Part shown: positions 1 through 12,166 of the stretch, one piece after another
Layout: each line of letters opens with the position of its first letter
Numbering within the stretch: the first letter of the stretch is position 1
Source: Dicyema japonicum
Lineage: Eukaryota > Animalia > Dicyemida
Length of the DNA stretch: 64,000 nt
Assembly: GCA_011109175.1 (NCBI GenBank)
Contig: RDEW01000084.1
Coordinates: 1 to 64,000, forward strand
Direction of reading: 5' to 3'
Made by a program: the position numbers and the translations under genes
The notes under the pieces: model-generated
Database searches by the model: none
Told to the model about the DNA's origin: nothing
The model's input: only the letters and a program-made list of their open reading frames with translations

Positions 1-480
1 CTGTTCGGCATACAAGGAATTGATGCAAGACTCCCTAATCCAATTTCCAAATTCATTAAACGATGTCAATCAAGAGCCTATGGGACATAGAGGAAGTCAA
101 ATACATGATTATGAACCGAAGATATGCTTTGCCAATGGATATCAAAATGGTGAATTCGAGAATCGGTTTTTGTATTCAGGATGTCGTAAAGATTGTGAAG
201 AATAGACATAGAATCCTTGAATGTAGGAAGGAATGCAGAAAATATAGCTGGTGTTTTGAACTCAAACTAAGATTTTTTATCTTTATTTAAACGAGGAGCA
301 ACGGAATCCATAATTTTTGTTCAAGAAAGCTTGTATCTTATATTTTGGGAGAATATTCGGAAAAAAACAGGCGAGCAATGAAAAACATTTTTATGAACAA
401 ACGAGTTACTGGGGCAGAGGACACATTACGAATTCAGCAAAGAAAGCATCCTTGATGTAATTAATCAGCTCCCGAACTGA
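1..480 (+). mobile_element. Degenerate R4/Dong-like non-LTR retrotransposon fragment (pre-RT region)
   Basis: Collinear nucleotide similarity to 21400-21720 (ggatatgctttgccaatg, tggtgttttgaactcaa, aacgaggagca, ttttggga), which runs on into an RT with MDD and KCRKSATN motifs. Clade label is by recognition only. Confidence 0.55.
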
Positions 481-1454
481 GAGCTAGTGAATGTGATGGG
501 GTAAGCAACTTCTTTTTCAAAAAATTCACGACCACCTCTGTGAAGAGGTCTCCAAGTTATCTATTGGATTTAATATTCATTTAAAGTTTTTGTAATATTA
601 TTTTTGTATATTATTCAAGGAGACGTTTGAGTGTTTATTGGAGGGGTTTTGTATTGAGTCAACAATATTGTCGTTGAAGTAGATGTTGGGGGAATAAGTG
701 TTGTCGGAATTGCTTTTGGAATAGTCCACGTTGTCCACGTTGTACATAAGCACAGATATTTATTTCCACCATCAATTGTCCAAAGACCATGTGGAATTTG
801 GTAATGACTCTTATCTTACCAGAAGCTCATATTTGCTTTGTAGTATTTTGTGTAGTCGTCAATCTTGTCTCTTTCCTATTATAACTAAGATCGTGTAAGA
901 TCTGGGAATCTCAAGCTTTAGACAGTTTTTAGTTAGTCAACCACACCTCACTAACATTTAAAAGGCCGGTCGTCATTAAGCGTCCAAAGCGATTCTTCTA
1001 GAATGTCTATTAGGGGTAGGTTCTGAATCGTCTATTTACAGGAGATGGCTGTTTAACAGGGCGTTTCTTTTTAAGCAAAAAATGTCACTTGTTGAAAAAA
1101 ATCATGGATCGTCTTCTTCATGGAGGACTTTTGAGATGGTGAGGAATCTTCTTTAGCATCTGACTGCTCTCCATGACTGTAGAAACAATATGTCTTCGAT
1201 TTCTTTTAAGTTAGGTCATTATTGAGATGCGCAGGATTTGTTAAGTCATCTAGGAATTGTAGGTTTCACATGCAAAGGAGATCTTCCTTTGAACGAAGAA
1301 AGTCTTCAAATGTAAGTAGTAAAAATGTATCATTACTCTGAACTACGCTAGTTATAATTCGTCTAGCTGTTTTTCCCACTCAAATCTACAAAAACTTAAA
1401 AAATTCAAAATATCGGCTTGCGATCAACCGATAATACTTCGTTGAAGGAACTTC

Positions 1455-2640
1455 CCCAGGTCCCAGCGTTGTACAGTAGGATCGGTTTCACAAGGGTGTT
1501 TGTAGAGCCTACATCTGATGTCAATTCCAAGTCCTTTGGCTCTTAACCATCCTTTCCTCAGTTTAGCCATTATCGCATTTGCCAGTGTTTTCCTCCTTAG
1601 TACATCTTCAGCGTCTCCTATTAGAGAGCCGAGCTTATTAGTACATCTCTATCTTTCATGGATAATTTCGTCTTCTCTTTTGATTTCCGTAATTTCAGTT
1701 TTGTTTACATTTGCTCAAGCTCCGCAGGTGCATTTTCTAGTAGGTGTTGGAGTGAGGTCACGTCCCGTGATACGAAATCCACATCATCCGCATAAGATGT
1801 CTTTTCTATGTCTCCTATATAGCATTTACGAAAATCGGAGAGTGCAGATTCAAGGAATATGGTGAATAGTAAGGGGAGAGGGAATCACCCTGGGGTGTCC
1901 CAATCGTTGTTTTGAAACTGCGGGAAGTTGCTCCTTCTGTCCTCAAAGATAGTCTTGTGTTCGCAAGTAGTACTCTGATTATCCTAATCGACGATTCATC
2001 CAATATTTGCTCAAGCACATTCATCAGTTTCTGTCTGTTTAGTGAGTCGAAAGCTCTTGAGATAACTATTCCCAACACGGTTGTTTCGCTCTTGAATCTT
2101 TGGTGCGTTGCACAGCGCCATCTATGGCTCCATACAATGTCCGCCGTAGACCTCCCTTCTCGGAACCCACTTTGACTTGCTGGTAGGTATAGATCCGCCA
2201 CACTCTTTATCCGGCTTAGTGCAATGTTTGCCAACACGTTGCGCTTCGAGTTCAGAAGTATGATCGGGCGGAGATATTCTACAGGTCCTTTTGCTTTGTT
2301 CAGTTTTTGTATGGGTATTAATAATCCATTTCCAAGTCCTAGATCGGTATTAGTTTCAAAGATGTCATTTAGGGTTTTTGCAATTGTTTTCGCTATGTTT
2401 TTTTGTCTTAAAAGCTCAGGGCTAATGTTGTCTGGCCCTACACTCTTGTTGTTCTTCAATTTAATTAGAGCTGATTCCACTTCTTCCACTGTGATTGGAA
2501 TTCTTTAGTGTCCTCGGTTCTCCCTGGAAAGGGGGAGAGTCCTCATTTTCTGCATTCAACAATATTTCAAAGTTTTTTCTTTGTCCGTGCTATGTCGTCT
2601 TGTGGCGAGCTGAGTGCGTGAAAATCCTGTTGCACATCTC
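1455..2640 (-). mobile_element. RTE-like LINE reverse transcriptase, degenerate
   Basis: ORF 1815-2489 has KSVGPDNISPE, LRPIILL, QSGFREGRSTAD, AFDSL and GTPQGDSLSP. It continues after a frameshift into YADD (~1790) and KPILLYNAGTWG (~1460). Confidence 0.9.
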
Positions 2641-4141
2641 GATTGTATAATAAGTGTTTTTTAGACATTTTTCTCAACTGTTATCTAATTAAGAAACGAG
2701 GCACGTCACCACCTTAGCTAGTTACTTAAGTAACCCCAGATTTTCAATGTGGTTCACCTTCACGTGGAGAAAATTGGATACCAGCATCAATCTGGCAACT
2801 AAAAGAACCACAATTATTCCCCTGTAAACCTTTTCAACGACCTCTGGTAAATCTGACTGGATGATGGCGGCTATCGAGCGGGCGCGTAGCTTTCGCTCCC
2901 AAGATCGGCACCCAACCACCTGATCTTGGGGTAAAAAAAAAGATCGGCACCTAACCACCTCACCAAAAATATTTAATTATTTAAATATTTACAAGAAAAT
3001 TTTAATAAAAATAAATTTAATTTATTAATGTCATATTTAAAATTTTAATTTTAACGACAGAGAATAACATAAATAAAATAATATTATAATTAGCCATAAA
3101 TGAGTTCTCTATTTGTTGTTCCCCTTTAAGTAAACAGCTTTCAGTTTTCTACCCAATTTTGATTTCTCCAGGAAAAGCTTCACAGTTTTTACTACCTGTC
3201 CTTCACTTAAAAAAAGCTACGCCTGCTTGGTGACACAAGGGCTGAATTTTTAGACGGGATCATGCAGTCACTGTCCTTTGTGACTTTACTTCGGTCATCA
3301 ACGAAATCGACGCATTCCGACCTCATCCTCAAAAGACCTCATTTATTGATGACTTATGTGCTTATTATGGAAAATTAAAAAAATACCACCCGAGAAAGTC
3401 TCAAAAAAATCAAACTTATATGATCATTAGACAAGGAGGTCAGATCACGGAATTGAAGATCGAAATCAATAATTCGACTAACAAAATTGAATCCCTCAAG
3501 GCTGACTTGATCGAAAAAAAAACTATTGAAGTCCAAAATGTGCTTCTTTTCAGCTTTTAGAAGAATCAAGGCAAACCAAATAGAAATTGAAAGCTTAGAA
3601 GCTGAGATCACCAAACTTTTAGTTTCTTCTCAAAATAAGGAGATCAAAATAAGGAGTCAAGAAATCATCAATGAGATTCAAGCTAGACATACCACAAAAG
3701 GTTTATATGAACAAAAAAACGAAAATGTTAACTTCCAACTTAACATCGAGCTCTGTGAGGAGACCAATCTGAGTCTTAAAAGGGAAAGTTGCTCGACTGT
3801 CCACATTTGAAGAATTATTTCGTGACTCAGCCCCTACGATCAGAATTAATTAAGGGAGAAATATGAAAGCTTATTAAACTTGCATGGAAGAAAGAAAAGG
3901 CATGAATGATAACACTTTGCTAAAGTGAGATTGGATTGATAATACCAAGAAGACGAGTTGCTCTAATAAATTGAGGACTAATTTACCTATTTCAAAGAGT
4001 AAAGTAGTATTTCTGAACCCTGTCCAGTCAGCAATAGTATAGTCATAAAAAATGACGTGATTTGACAGCGTCATTGGTGTACAATTGATCTTCATCAGAT
4101 TGGGATTATAGTAAGTCATAGTTTACAAAGAATGCTTGACA

Positions 4142-4345
4142 TTATTTAACCGGTAAATTTAGGAGTATTGGATATCCAGAAAGCTTGGTCTCTTGTCGAA
4201 GGCAGATATCAATTTTATTCCTCTCCAAATATAAACTCAGTTCGGATGCCTTGCCTCTAACTCCGTTAATGTTAAGGCTAAGTATCTTTAATGTCTTTTG
4301 TCCCGGATTCATTTCAATATCTTTTGCCATGACGAGTCTCCACTT
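4142..4345 (-). mobile_element. N-terminus of a LINE APE endonuclease preceded by a 2A-like motif
   Basis: Translation WRLVMAKDIEMNPGQKTLKILSLNINGVRGK...IDICLRQETKL. SLNING and QETK are APE motifs I and II. Confidence 0.8.
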
Positions 4346-4835
4346 TAAAGATTAATTTAATATTTATTTATTTTTAAAAATTTTTTTACACTATGGCGAC
4401 CCATTTATACATTAATAGACTATTTGACATGCATTGTCACTTTGTTGTGGTTGTATATTTAGGTCTACGTTTTATTGTTTTTTCTCGGTATTGTAATATA
4501 TTTTCTTCAAAATTATATATATTATTGGATTATCAATTAGTGTCGAAGGCTGTTGTTGTCAAAATGTCTAAATATATATATTTTGGTAACCTATAATATG
4601 GATTATTCCCCACTATTTGAATTTTCCTTGAAAATTGGTATCAGTCTTTTTGATTTTTAGCTTATTTTCTAAAAAAAATATATTTTTATTTGATATTTTT
4701 TTACCTCGATACAACGATGTGTCATCGTATAGTGCTATTTTCCGATGGATTTATATCTACCTTTATGCTTCAGTTTTCAAATAAAGTGTATCAAAGGTCC
4801 TGGATCTGAGATTGGTTTTTTCTCTCTATTATTCG

Positions 4836-5350
4836 NNNNNNNNNNNNNNNNNNNNNNNNNNNNNNNNNNNNNNNNNNNNNNNNNNNNNNNNNNNNNNNNN
4901 NNNNNNNNNNNNNNNNNNNNNNNNNNNNNNNNNNNNNNNNNNNNNNNNNNNNNNNNNNNNNNNNNNNNNNNNNNNNNNNNNNNNNNNNNNNNNNNNNNNN
5001 NNNNNNNNNNNNNNNNNNNNNNNNNNNNNNNNNNNNNNNNNNNNNNNNNNNNNNNNNNNNNNNNNNNNNNNNNNNNNNNNNNNNNNNNNNNNNNNNNNNN
5101 NNNNNNNNNNNNNNNNNNNNNNNNNNNNNNNNNNNNNNNNNNNNNNNNNNNNNNNNNNNNNNNNNNNNNNNNNNNNNNNNNNNNNNNNNNNNNNNNNNNN
5201 NNNNNNNNNNNNNNNNNNNNNNNNNNNNNNNNNNNNNNNNNNNNNNNNNNNNNNNNNNNNNNNNNNNNNNNNNNNNNNNNNNNNNNNNNNNNNNNNNNNN
5301 NNNNNNNNNNNNNNNNNNNNNNNNNNNNNNNNNNNNNNNNNNNNNNNNNN
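4836..5350. other. Assembly gap (N run)
   Basis: Continuous N. Confidence 1.
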
Positions 5351-5723
5351 TTGTACCATGCCCCCACGACGTCTTTTCCACTGAAGAATGTGCTGATGAT
5401 TGAGCCCACTGAGTCTGAATCGTTGGGTGAACTGGACAAATTCTGTGACGCTATGATCTGTATTGGGGATATTTACAGGTAAGCCATCCGTGGAGAGATC
5501 GCTGATATTGAAAATGGGCGAATGGACCTAAAAGTCCCCACATACAGTCCGGGTGGTCTGCTCCACTCATTGAGACCGTCCGTACTCCCGAGAGACGGCA
5601 GCCTTTCCATCGGTTGCTACTCCTCAGTAATTTTTAGAAACTGATTAGTCCATCTGGCCTGCTGTTGAACGTGTCAATGAGGTTCATGGAGACCGGAATT
5701 TGATTTGCAAAATTACCAATTGA
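5351..5723 (+). pseudogene. GLDC: Glycine decarboxylase (glycine cleavage P protein) C-terminal fragment with short introns, disrupted
   Basis: [35 protein letters not shown] / SIRGEIADIENGRMD / KSPHTV...STH*DRPYSRETAAFP / WPAVERVNEVHGDRNLIC matches the GLDC C-terminus. Probable 24-nt intron gtattggggatatttacaggtaag. Lesions: a frameshifting deletion before KSPH, a TGA at the conserved W, and a further frameshift or an alternative 36-nt intron before WPAV. Confidence 0.85.
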
Positions 5724-5785
5724 TACTAATAATTACCTGATCTCGATATTCTTATAAAATAAATAAAATTGCACTTTTTGTTACA

Positions 5786-5856
5786 GCCATATTGCCTATA
5801 GCGCCGCACAGGCAGGACACACACTTTAAGTAAAGTTATGATAACTAATCGTAGAA
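5786..5856 (-). mobile_element. SINE-A 3' fragment
   Basis: Reverse complement ttctacgattagtt...aaagtgtgtgtcctgcctgtgcggcgctata matches the SINE-A 3' region. Confidence 0.75.
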
Positions 5857-5949
5857 ATGGGGACCCGGAAATGCTCTTCATATTTATTTTTTTTTGTTGT
5901 GTGTGAATCCTTTATAGATAATCAGGTTCGCAGTTATTACATTAGTTTA

Positions 5950-6900
5950 ATGTTCGTTTTTAGTAAGATTTTCTCTGTCGTTGTTGATAGTGAAGGATTC
6001 CAGAGAAAGATGTGGATTTTTCAAGTAAGGGTGATTTTATCTTAGTAAATCGGTATATTGATTATAGATTTAAATAAGTTACCGTTTTCAGTTTTACTAT
6101 TTTCTTTTGTTTAGAACCTAGGGTTTCTAAGGTCTCTTGAGTTTATCTCCTCGTATATGGTCACAAGAAGATATAAGACATTGGTTACTATCCTCATGAA
6201 ACAAAGTAGACATTTGGTGGGTAGATGTTCGCCACCTAAACCTTCAGGTCAATAAGCTACTTGGCTAACTGGCTTGTTTCACCTTTTCAAAGGGGTCAAC
6301 AAAAGCATCCAAGTTCAAAGGGGTCTTCCGGACAAGCGCGCGTACAACATTCAACTTCAGCAGGTTGTTTTAATAATGATAATGAGAGCGATGCGTGGTT
6401 CGGAGTCCTTAATTAGGATGCATAATTTTTAGAAAACTGTGGCGATTAAAGAATTTTCTAAGGGATTTTCGTATGCTGTGATATTTTATGGGGGATTCGA
6501 GAATTTAGTACTAGATTGATAACTAGTTTATGGTCAGTAGTAATCGATGAAAAATTTATGGAATGAAAGGTTTGCGTATAAGTTTGTTTAACTCAAGAGA
6601 GTCAATATATTCAGTTATTAAAACTTAGAAGCTATGGGCTACATTGTCTCTGAGTGGAATGGAAATCTTTCGAATAGCCAGAGCTTCTGGAGGAGGAGAT
6701 AAGATTTCCAAGTTTTTTTTAAAAAAAAGCGTGAGACAATTGTCTGAGAGTTATTGATGTTTCCACGGAAAAAGGAATAAAAGTCAAATCACCAGAGAGG
6801 TCAGCATACTTCCGATAGTTAGATGGAACGATCGAAGAAAAAGCAGTCGAGTAAAGTGCGGATCCCACTAAAACATAGCAATAGAGAGATGGTGCCATAT
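5950..6900 (+). pseudogene. Possible degenerate host gene with tiny introns, unidentified
   Basis: Short GT-AG segments (e.g. gtaagggtgattttatcttag) and a SAM/Pointed-like motif SPRIWSQEDIRHWLL near 6145-6195. I could not build a stop-free spliced model. Confidence 0.25.
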
Positions 6901-7119
6901 CAACATCAGACTAACCACTTGGCTAGCGTGTATTAATAGAAAAAAATTGCCGCTCAATTTTCGATAGCTTAATTTTTAATAAAAAATTATGTTATTAGAA
7001 TGTTTAGGAATTTTAATTAAACTAAATAATTAATAAAAATAAAATTTCAAATTATATTTAAAATGTTGTTCATCGTGGTTGATTTTTTGTAAATTATAAA
7101 ACTTGTTATTTTCAAATAT

Positions 7120-7740
7120 ATGACCGAAACAGTAGATAGAGAACTTTGACTACTCTTAACTACAGATGAATACAACTATGTTCCTCATTCTATTAGACAC
7201 AAGCCATATAATCTAGTGGATTCTAAACTACAAGATACCGGAGAATTTAGGAGGAAGTTCATTAAGAAATTCATTGAAAAAGGTAAATTCAACTCAACAT
7301 GAAAGACCAAAATTCTTTGGTGAGGATTCCATTACACGTGAGCAGAGATATTCGAGTACTTGGAAAGTTAGAAATTTAAGCTAATTTTCAGAGGAGGCAG
7401 AGGAAATCCGCAAACACGAAAAACTGACCTCAGATAAGTACTAGCTGCTATGAAAACTGGAAAAAGTGAGGGAATATCTTCAAAGGTAGTAATTTTACTT
7501 ATAAAGTACAAATTGAACGGTACGAGACAGAGAAGACAAACCTTAGAAGTCAAGTTGAATATCTGGAGACTGAATTGCATAAAATGAAGAGTGAGGTGTT
7601 GTCCTCTAAGCAGTAATACGTAGTTTTTTATAACTGTAGAATGTCGATACCATGAATGTGAGGATTGAACTGGACGAACAGAAAACCAGGTAGTCTTTAG
7701 TTTTTGCTTTATAATTTGGTTAGCATTGCGAGAGTCATGT
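7120..7740 (+). pseudogene. Possible degenerate host gene with tiny introns, coiled-coil-like
   Basis: Open stretches DEYNYVPHSIRHK...KKFIEK and QIERYETEKTNLRSQVEYLETELHKMKSE are separated by 23-25 nt GT-AG segments. In-frame stops remain in every model tried. Confidence 0.3.
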
Positions 7741-9799
7741 CTGTAAGAGTTTGGGCTATTTTGATTTTATTGATGTTTGGTATTTTTGCGGTTATTTTCA
7801 ATCATTTATATTTTACACTTTAACTGTGATTTGTTTTATTTATTTATTAACTGTTGATTGTTGGATCTTAGAATTTTATTTTTAGTAATTTTTATTTTAT
7901 TGTGTTTAATTTAATTTAAATATGTTAAATCATTTACTTAGCACCATTTTATGCTTATTTGACTCATTAAATTTTTGGCGCCAAATTTAGCCTTTTGTAG
8001 TTTTTTTCGAATTATTTAGGTTTTTGAATATTTCCAGTTTTATGTTTATATTTTATTGTAATTTAAATTTTTAAATGAAATTAACAAATCTTACATGTTG
8101 AATTTTTTTATTTATGTACATCTGACTGAGGTGAGTTTACCTATAACTCTAGATTTATGATCAATATTCTAGTATTAGTGAAGCCTTAATGAGAGAAGAA
8201 GGGAAAATATTCGCCTGATAAAGTCTATGTCGATACTATTACAGGTTTGTACTTTGATTCCCTAACATTACATGAGCTGTTAATTTATTCTTTAATTATG
8301 TTATTGATATTTACAAACAATCAAACTAACTTGTAAGGCGTCAGACGCTTTTCCCTCTTGATCTGTAGGGAAATGCCTCAATGTGGAAGCTCCTCTCTCG
8401 CTCATCCCTTACCTTTTATAGCTTTAATTTTTACTTTTTTCTGTCACCTTGATATTAATTTTATATCTCATATTACTGAATTGCACTTTGTATCTCTAAT
8501 TAAACTTATTTTGCTTTTCTAAATTTCCTTAGTTTTATAAACATAAATCATTTGATAGTTTTACTAATTTCTCACATTAAAATGTTTAGTCCCCATTAAC
8601 TAATTTTTCAGCGATTTTTATATTAACTTTCTCTTAGTTACTCTAGCTTTATGTGGGTTCATTGCTATTGGTATTCTTTTCCTTTCAAAGTTAATTTGTA
8701 GGAAGCTGAGGACAGGGAATGCAGTACTGCAATCCATGAATGAGACTCACGCAATATGGAGATTACCTCCAAGTTTATTCTTCTATAATTCTAGCAATTG
8801 CAGCGATAAAGGCTCGTTAATGACATGATGGACTCGGAACCCGTCAGAGATAATCTGTGAAACAAATTATAGCCGGAAATTTTGTCAAATTCGGCTTTGA
8901 ATGATTTCTTAATGCCAGAACGATAGAGAATTACAAACCCGAAATCTGCAGTTGCTGTCCATTGTGAGGTATATGAGTGAGGTAATGTGAAACCGAGAAA
9001 TATGAGAAATGCTAAACGAGAGCAGACTAAGGATAGAGTTGACAAATCAATGAATGTTGTCCTCACTGAGAGTTCAGGGCTCTGACGTGATTTACTAAGC
9101 TGGGATGATCTCCAAACAACGTGATATCTACCACACAATTCTTTCCAAAATCTGAAATTGTTTAAATATGGATTTTAGCGTTCATTCAGTGAACGAGAAT
9201 GTTAAAAACATGCGCCTTTCAATTCATTCGATTGAAGTATTATAATCAATGAAGAATCATTAGTTGACGCAGGAAGACAGAGATGAAACTACGAGTCATC
9301 AAAGAGAATAATATGACCAAGAGATTTTAGCAATATAAAGAGAATTAGTCAGAAAAATCAAAAGTACACAGCACAATCACATTTTAGAATACTACAAGAG
9401 GAAATTGACAGATTGCGATTATAAACATGGATCTTAAGCAAGACAATGTAGAGCTGGTTTGCTACTATAGAACACCAGGTGGATATTGACTTACTAAGGA
9501 GACTATATGAGGACAAAGCACAAAGACTGCTACTTGAAGAGAAATCGGGAAATTGAACCAGTTTGTGCTTTATTACTATTGAAGGACATTAGTGATGCAA
9601 GAAAGCAGTTTGATGAGAGAAAATTGGCAGCAATTCACGTAAATAACGAAAAAGGCGTTTTTATCAGTGAAAATAATATAATTTTGTCGCAAAACTTTGC
9701 CCTCAGATCGCAGTAGGGCAAATTATAATTGTTTATCTCCTTATATATTTTGAATTTCCTGCACAATTATGTAATTTTATTATTTTCTTGTCTGCGTAA

Positions 9800-10990
9800 A
9801 TTTTTTCATTTTAATGGTGACATCTCTGCTTTACGTAGCGCGGTCTCAAGCAAGTCCATATTAATGGATATAAATGTTGTAGTTACATATCGCCGAATGG
9901 CTACGGAGACTCTAAATAATAACATCAAAAAAGAAAGTGCAACAATGATACCCTGCTGAAGCGCTCTTGTGAAGTTGACACTACCAAAGAAGCAACTATT
10001 ACACTTGGTACGGTTTTTAACGAGCTAATATCGAGGAAAGTTCCGGAAGAGACCCTTGCTATATGACCCTACAATCAGACAGTTATCTGAAGACAAAAGA
10101 AAGGTCGTTTAAAGCTAGCTAGGACTCAAAAATGGGTCATTCTAAAAAAACAGAATAAAACTCTCCACTAAAAAAACGGAGCACAGGAGTTAATGAATTA
10201 ATATTGGATGACAAAGCACACGAAATAATTAACACAAAATATGGGAGTCGAATGTTTGTTGCAGTCAAACTACTAACGAGGGCATCACAAAGGTCATCTG
10301 TCAAAGTGTGTGACTTATACTGAACCAAGAAGACAAAGCAAATCACATTGGCAGCTATTTCAGGACATCATTCCAAGTTGGCAATGCAATGATCTGTCAT
10401 TCATTGGAACACCGAAAACCACTGTCTACCAGTATTACAAATGAAGTGATCAGTGCATTTAATCGACTGAAAAATAACCGTTTGGGCAGCTACGACGGCG
10501 TTCCTGGTGAGCTGTGAAAATAATCCCCAGAATGCGTTGGAATAACTATGGCGGAAATTTTAAACAAATTGAATGGCACAGCCCCCTTCCCATAGGACAC
10601 GGAGTACAATTACCACTACATTGGCCTGAAAAAAGAAGGATCATTAGAAAATCTCAGACCTATTATCTTATTGGCTACTGTTAGAAAAACATTAGCCAAT
10701 CATCGTCCTAAATCGTATACAAAATACAGTAGAAGAATACCTGTCGCACAGTCAGTGTGGCTTCAGGCGAGGACGGTCAACCTCTAATGTTGTATGGAGT
10801 CATTGTTGGTATGAAGCTGCATGCCAAAAATATGTGAAGACTACAACAACAAATCTAACTGTTGAAGTTGGAATGAAGCACTACGAAAAGTTATTTACTG
10901 ACATTGGTACTCCACAAGGGGATTCTCTGACCCCAGTTATCATCAAATCACCGAACATATATAGGCGGATGATGTGAACTATGTATAATA
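9800..10990 (+). mobile_element. RTE-like LINE, degenerate with internal deletions
   Basis: Frameshifted peptides LENLRPIILLA, EYLSHSQCGFRRGRSTSNVVWSH and IGTPQGDSLTP; same family as 1455-2640. Confidence 0.8.
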
Positions 10991-12039
10991 ATAAGTACTG
11001 TGTTACTTTTAAAATTAATTTTATATATTTTAAAAAATTATAAAGTTAAAACAATTTTTTGAAAAAATAAGTAAAGTTTTTAGTTAAAAGGCTATGATTG
11101 CGTAGGCGTTTTCTGATCACCGCTATCTAGTCTCTGTATCAGCCGAAGTCAAAACAATTATTTTAAAAAATATACCGTTGTTGTGGCGATATTGTGTTTG
11201 AGTATTTACGTCATCGAAGGACTCTTTATGCAGTTGTGGTGACAGACTGAAAGAAAATATGAATCCGAATAAAATTACACCATAAAGTCATCGAGCAAAT
11301 GTTCCCTATGTTCCTCGATTAATATGGATGTATGGGATCTCCCGTTCATTTTGTGGTGGTTCTTGTTCGGAGTCCACGGACTTGAAACATGGCACTGCCA
11401 TTCATGCCCTCATTTCACGAACATCGATCTATCTCCTGAATATTTTGCCACTGTGGACCCAGAATCTATTCTATGTCTAATTTCCGAACGCCGTTCCTCT
11501 TGGACTATTCCAGTGAAGAACCTAGAGGCCCCACTCCTCTTATTTGCCGAGGTGCTTTCCAATACAATTGAAGGTACCCTCCTGTCTAACTTGATACATG
11601 ACTTGGTACAGCTGTTTAGTATTGCACGTTCACACTTGGGCCTCCTTGTGAATGTATTGGAAAAGTGTCTTTAAGGAGGAACTTCTGGTGGACAAACATT
11701 CACTACCTCATCACGATCACTCACATCGTCTAAGATGTTATTTTTCTCAATACTGAATCTTCTCTCAGTAGCAAATGGCGGTTTTAACGGAATAAGGACT
11801 GGTCATCTGAAGTTTGGTGGTCCACCATGTCCTGTTCTCGACAAGCATGATTGGCTTTAATAAGTAGGGAGGTGGAAATTCGGCTGATCGAGGTAGGGTT
11901 TTGACTTCAAGAAATTAGCTGCGAAAATTACCGTTAGATGTGTTACTCTCATATTCTTCGACCCTCTTTCTAGCCACGTGGGCACTGTAAGATTTAAATT
12001 TACAATGTAAATTCATTTAAATGTAGAATAAACACAAAA

Positions 12040-12166
12040 TAAATTCATCCGAAATTTTTGATAAATGTCTCTCGGATTATGAATTTCCGGTTGAAAAAGC
12101 CTGTTTTTATCGAAACTTCAAAAAAATTCGGATTATCGAAGTTTGAATTGATAGGGGTTTACTGTA
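12040..12166. mobile_element. pogo/Tigger-like terminal remnant
   Basis: Ends in ataggggtttactg-ta (reverse complement TA-CAGTAAACCCCT, a pogo-type terminus). A similar end agttttactg-ta lies near 17160. No partner TIR was located. Confidence 0.35.

Noticed and set aside
4745-5482. Long ORFs spanning the first N run (and 46450-47421 spanning the second)
   Set aside because: Artefacts of translating Ns; only the flanking GLDC and CRE parts are real.
5570-5574. UGA-to-Trp nuclear recoding (TGA at the GLDC conserved W and in a few other open stretches)
   Set aside because: The intact Rab11 uses TGG for both Trp and ends at TGA right after a CCxxx motif. GLDC has an independent frameshift, and TGG-to-TGA changes also occur in dead TEs here.
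6145-6720. ETS-family (PNT + ETS) or kinase gene
   Set aside because: Only scattered short motif resemblances (WSQEDIRHWL, VAIKEF, KLWA), with stops and no coherent spliced model.
11324-11700. Ty3/Gypsy gag remnant on the minus strand
   Set aside because: Only a broken GH-x-x-QC knuckle-like stretch, too little to support a call.
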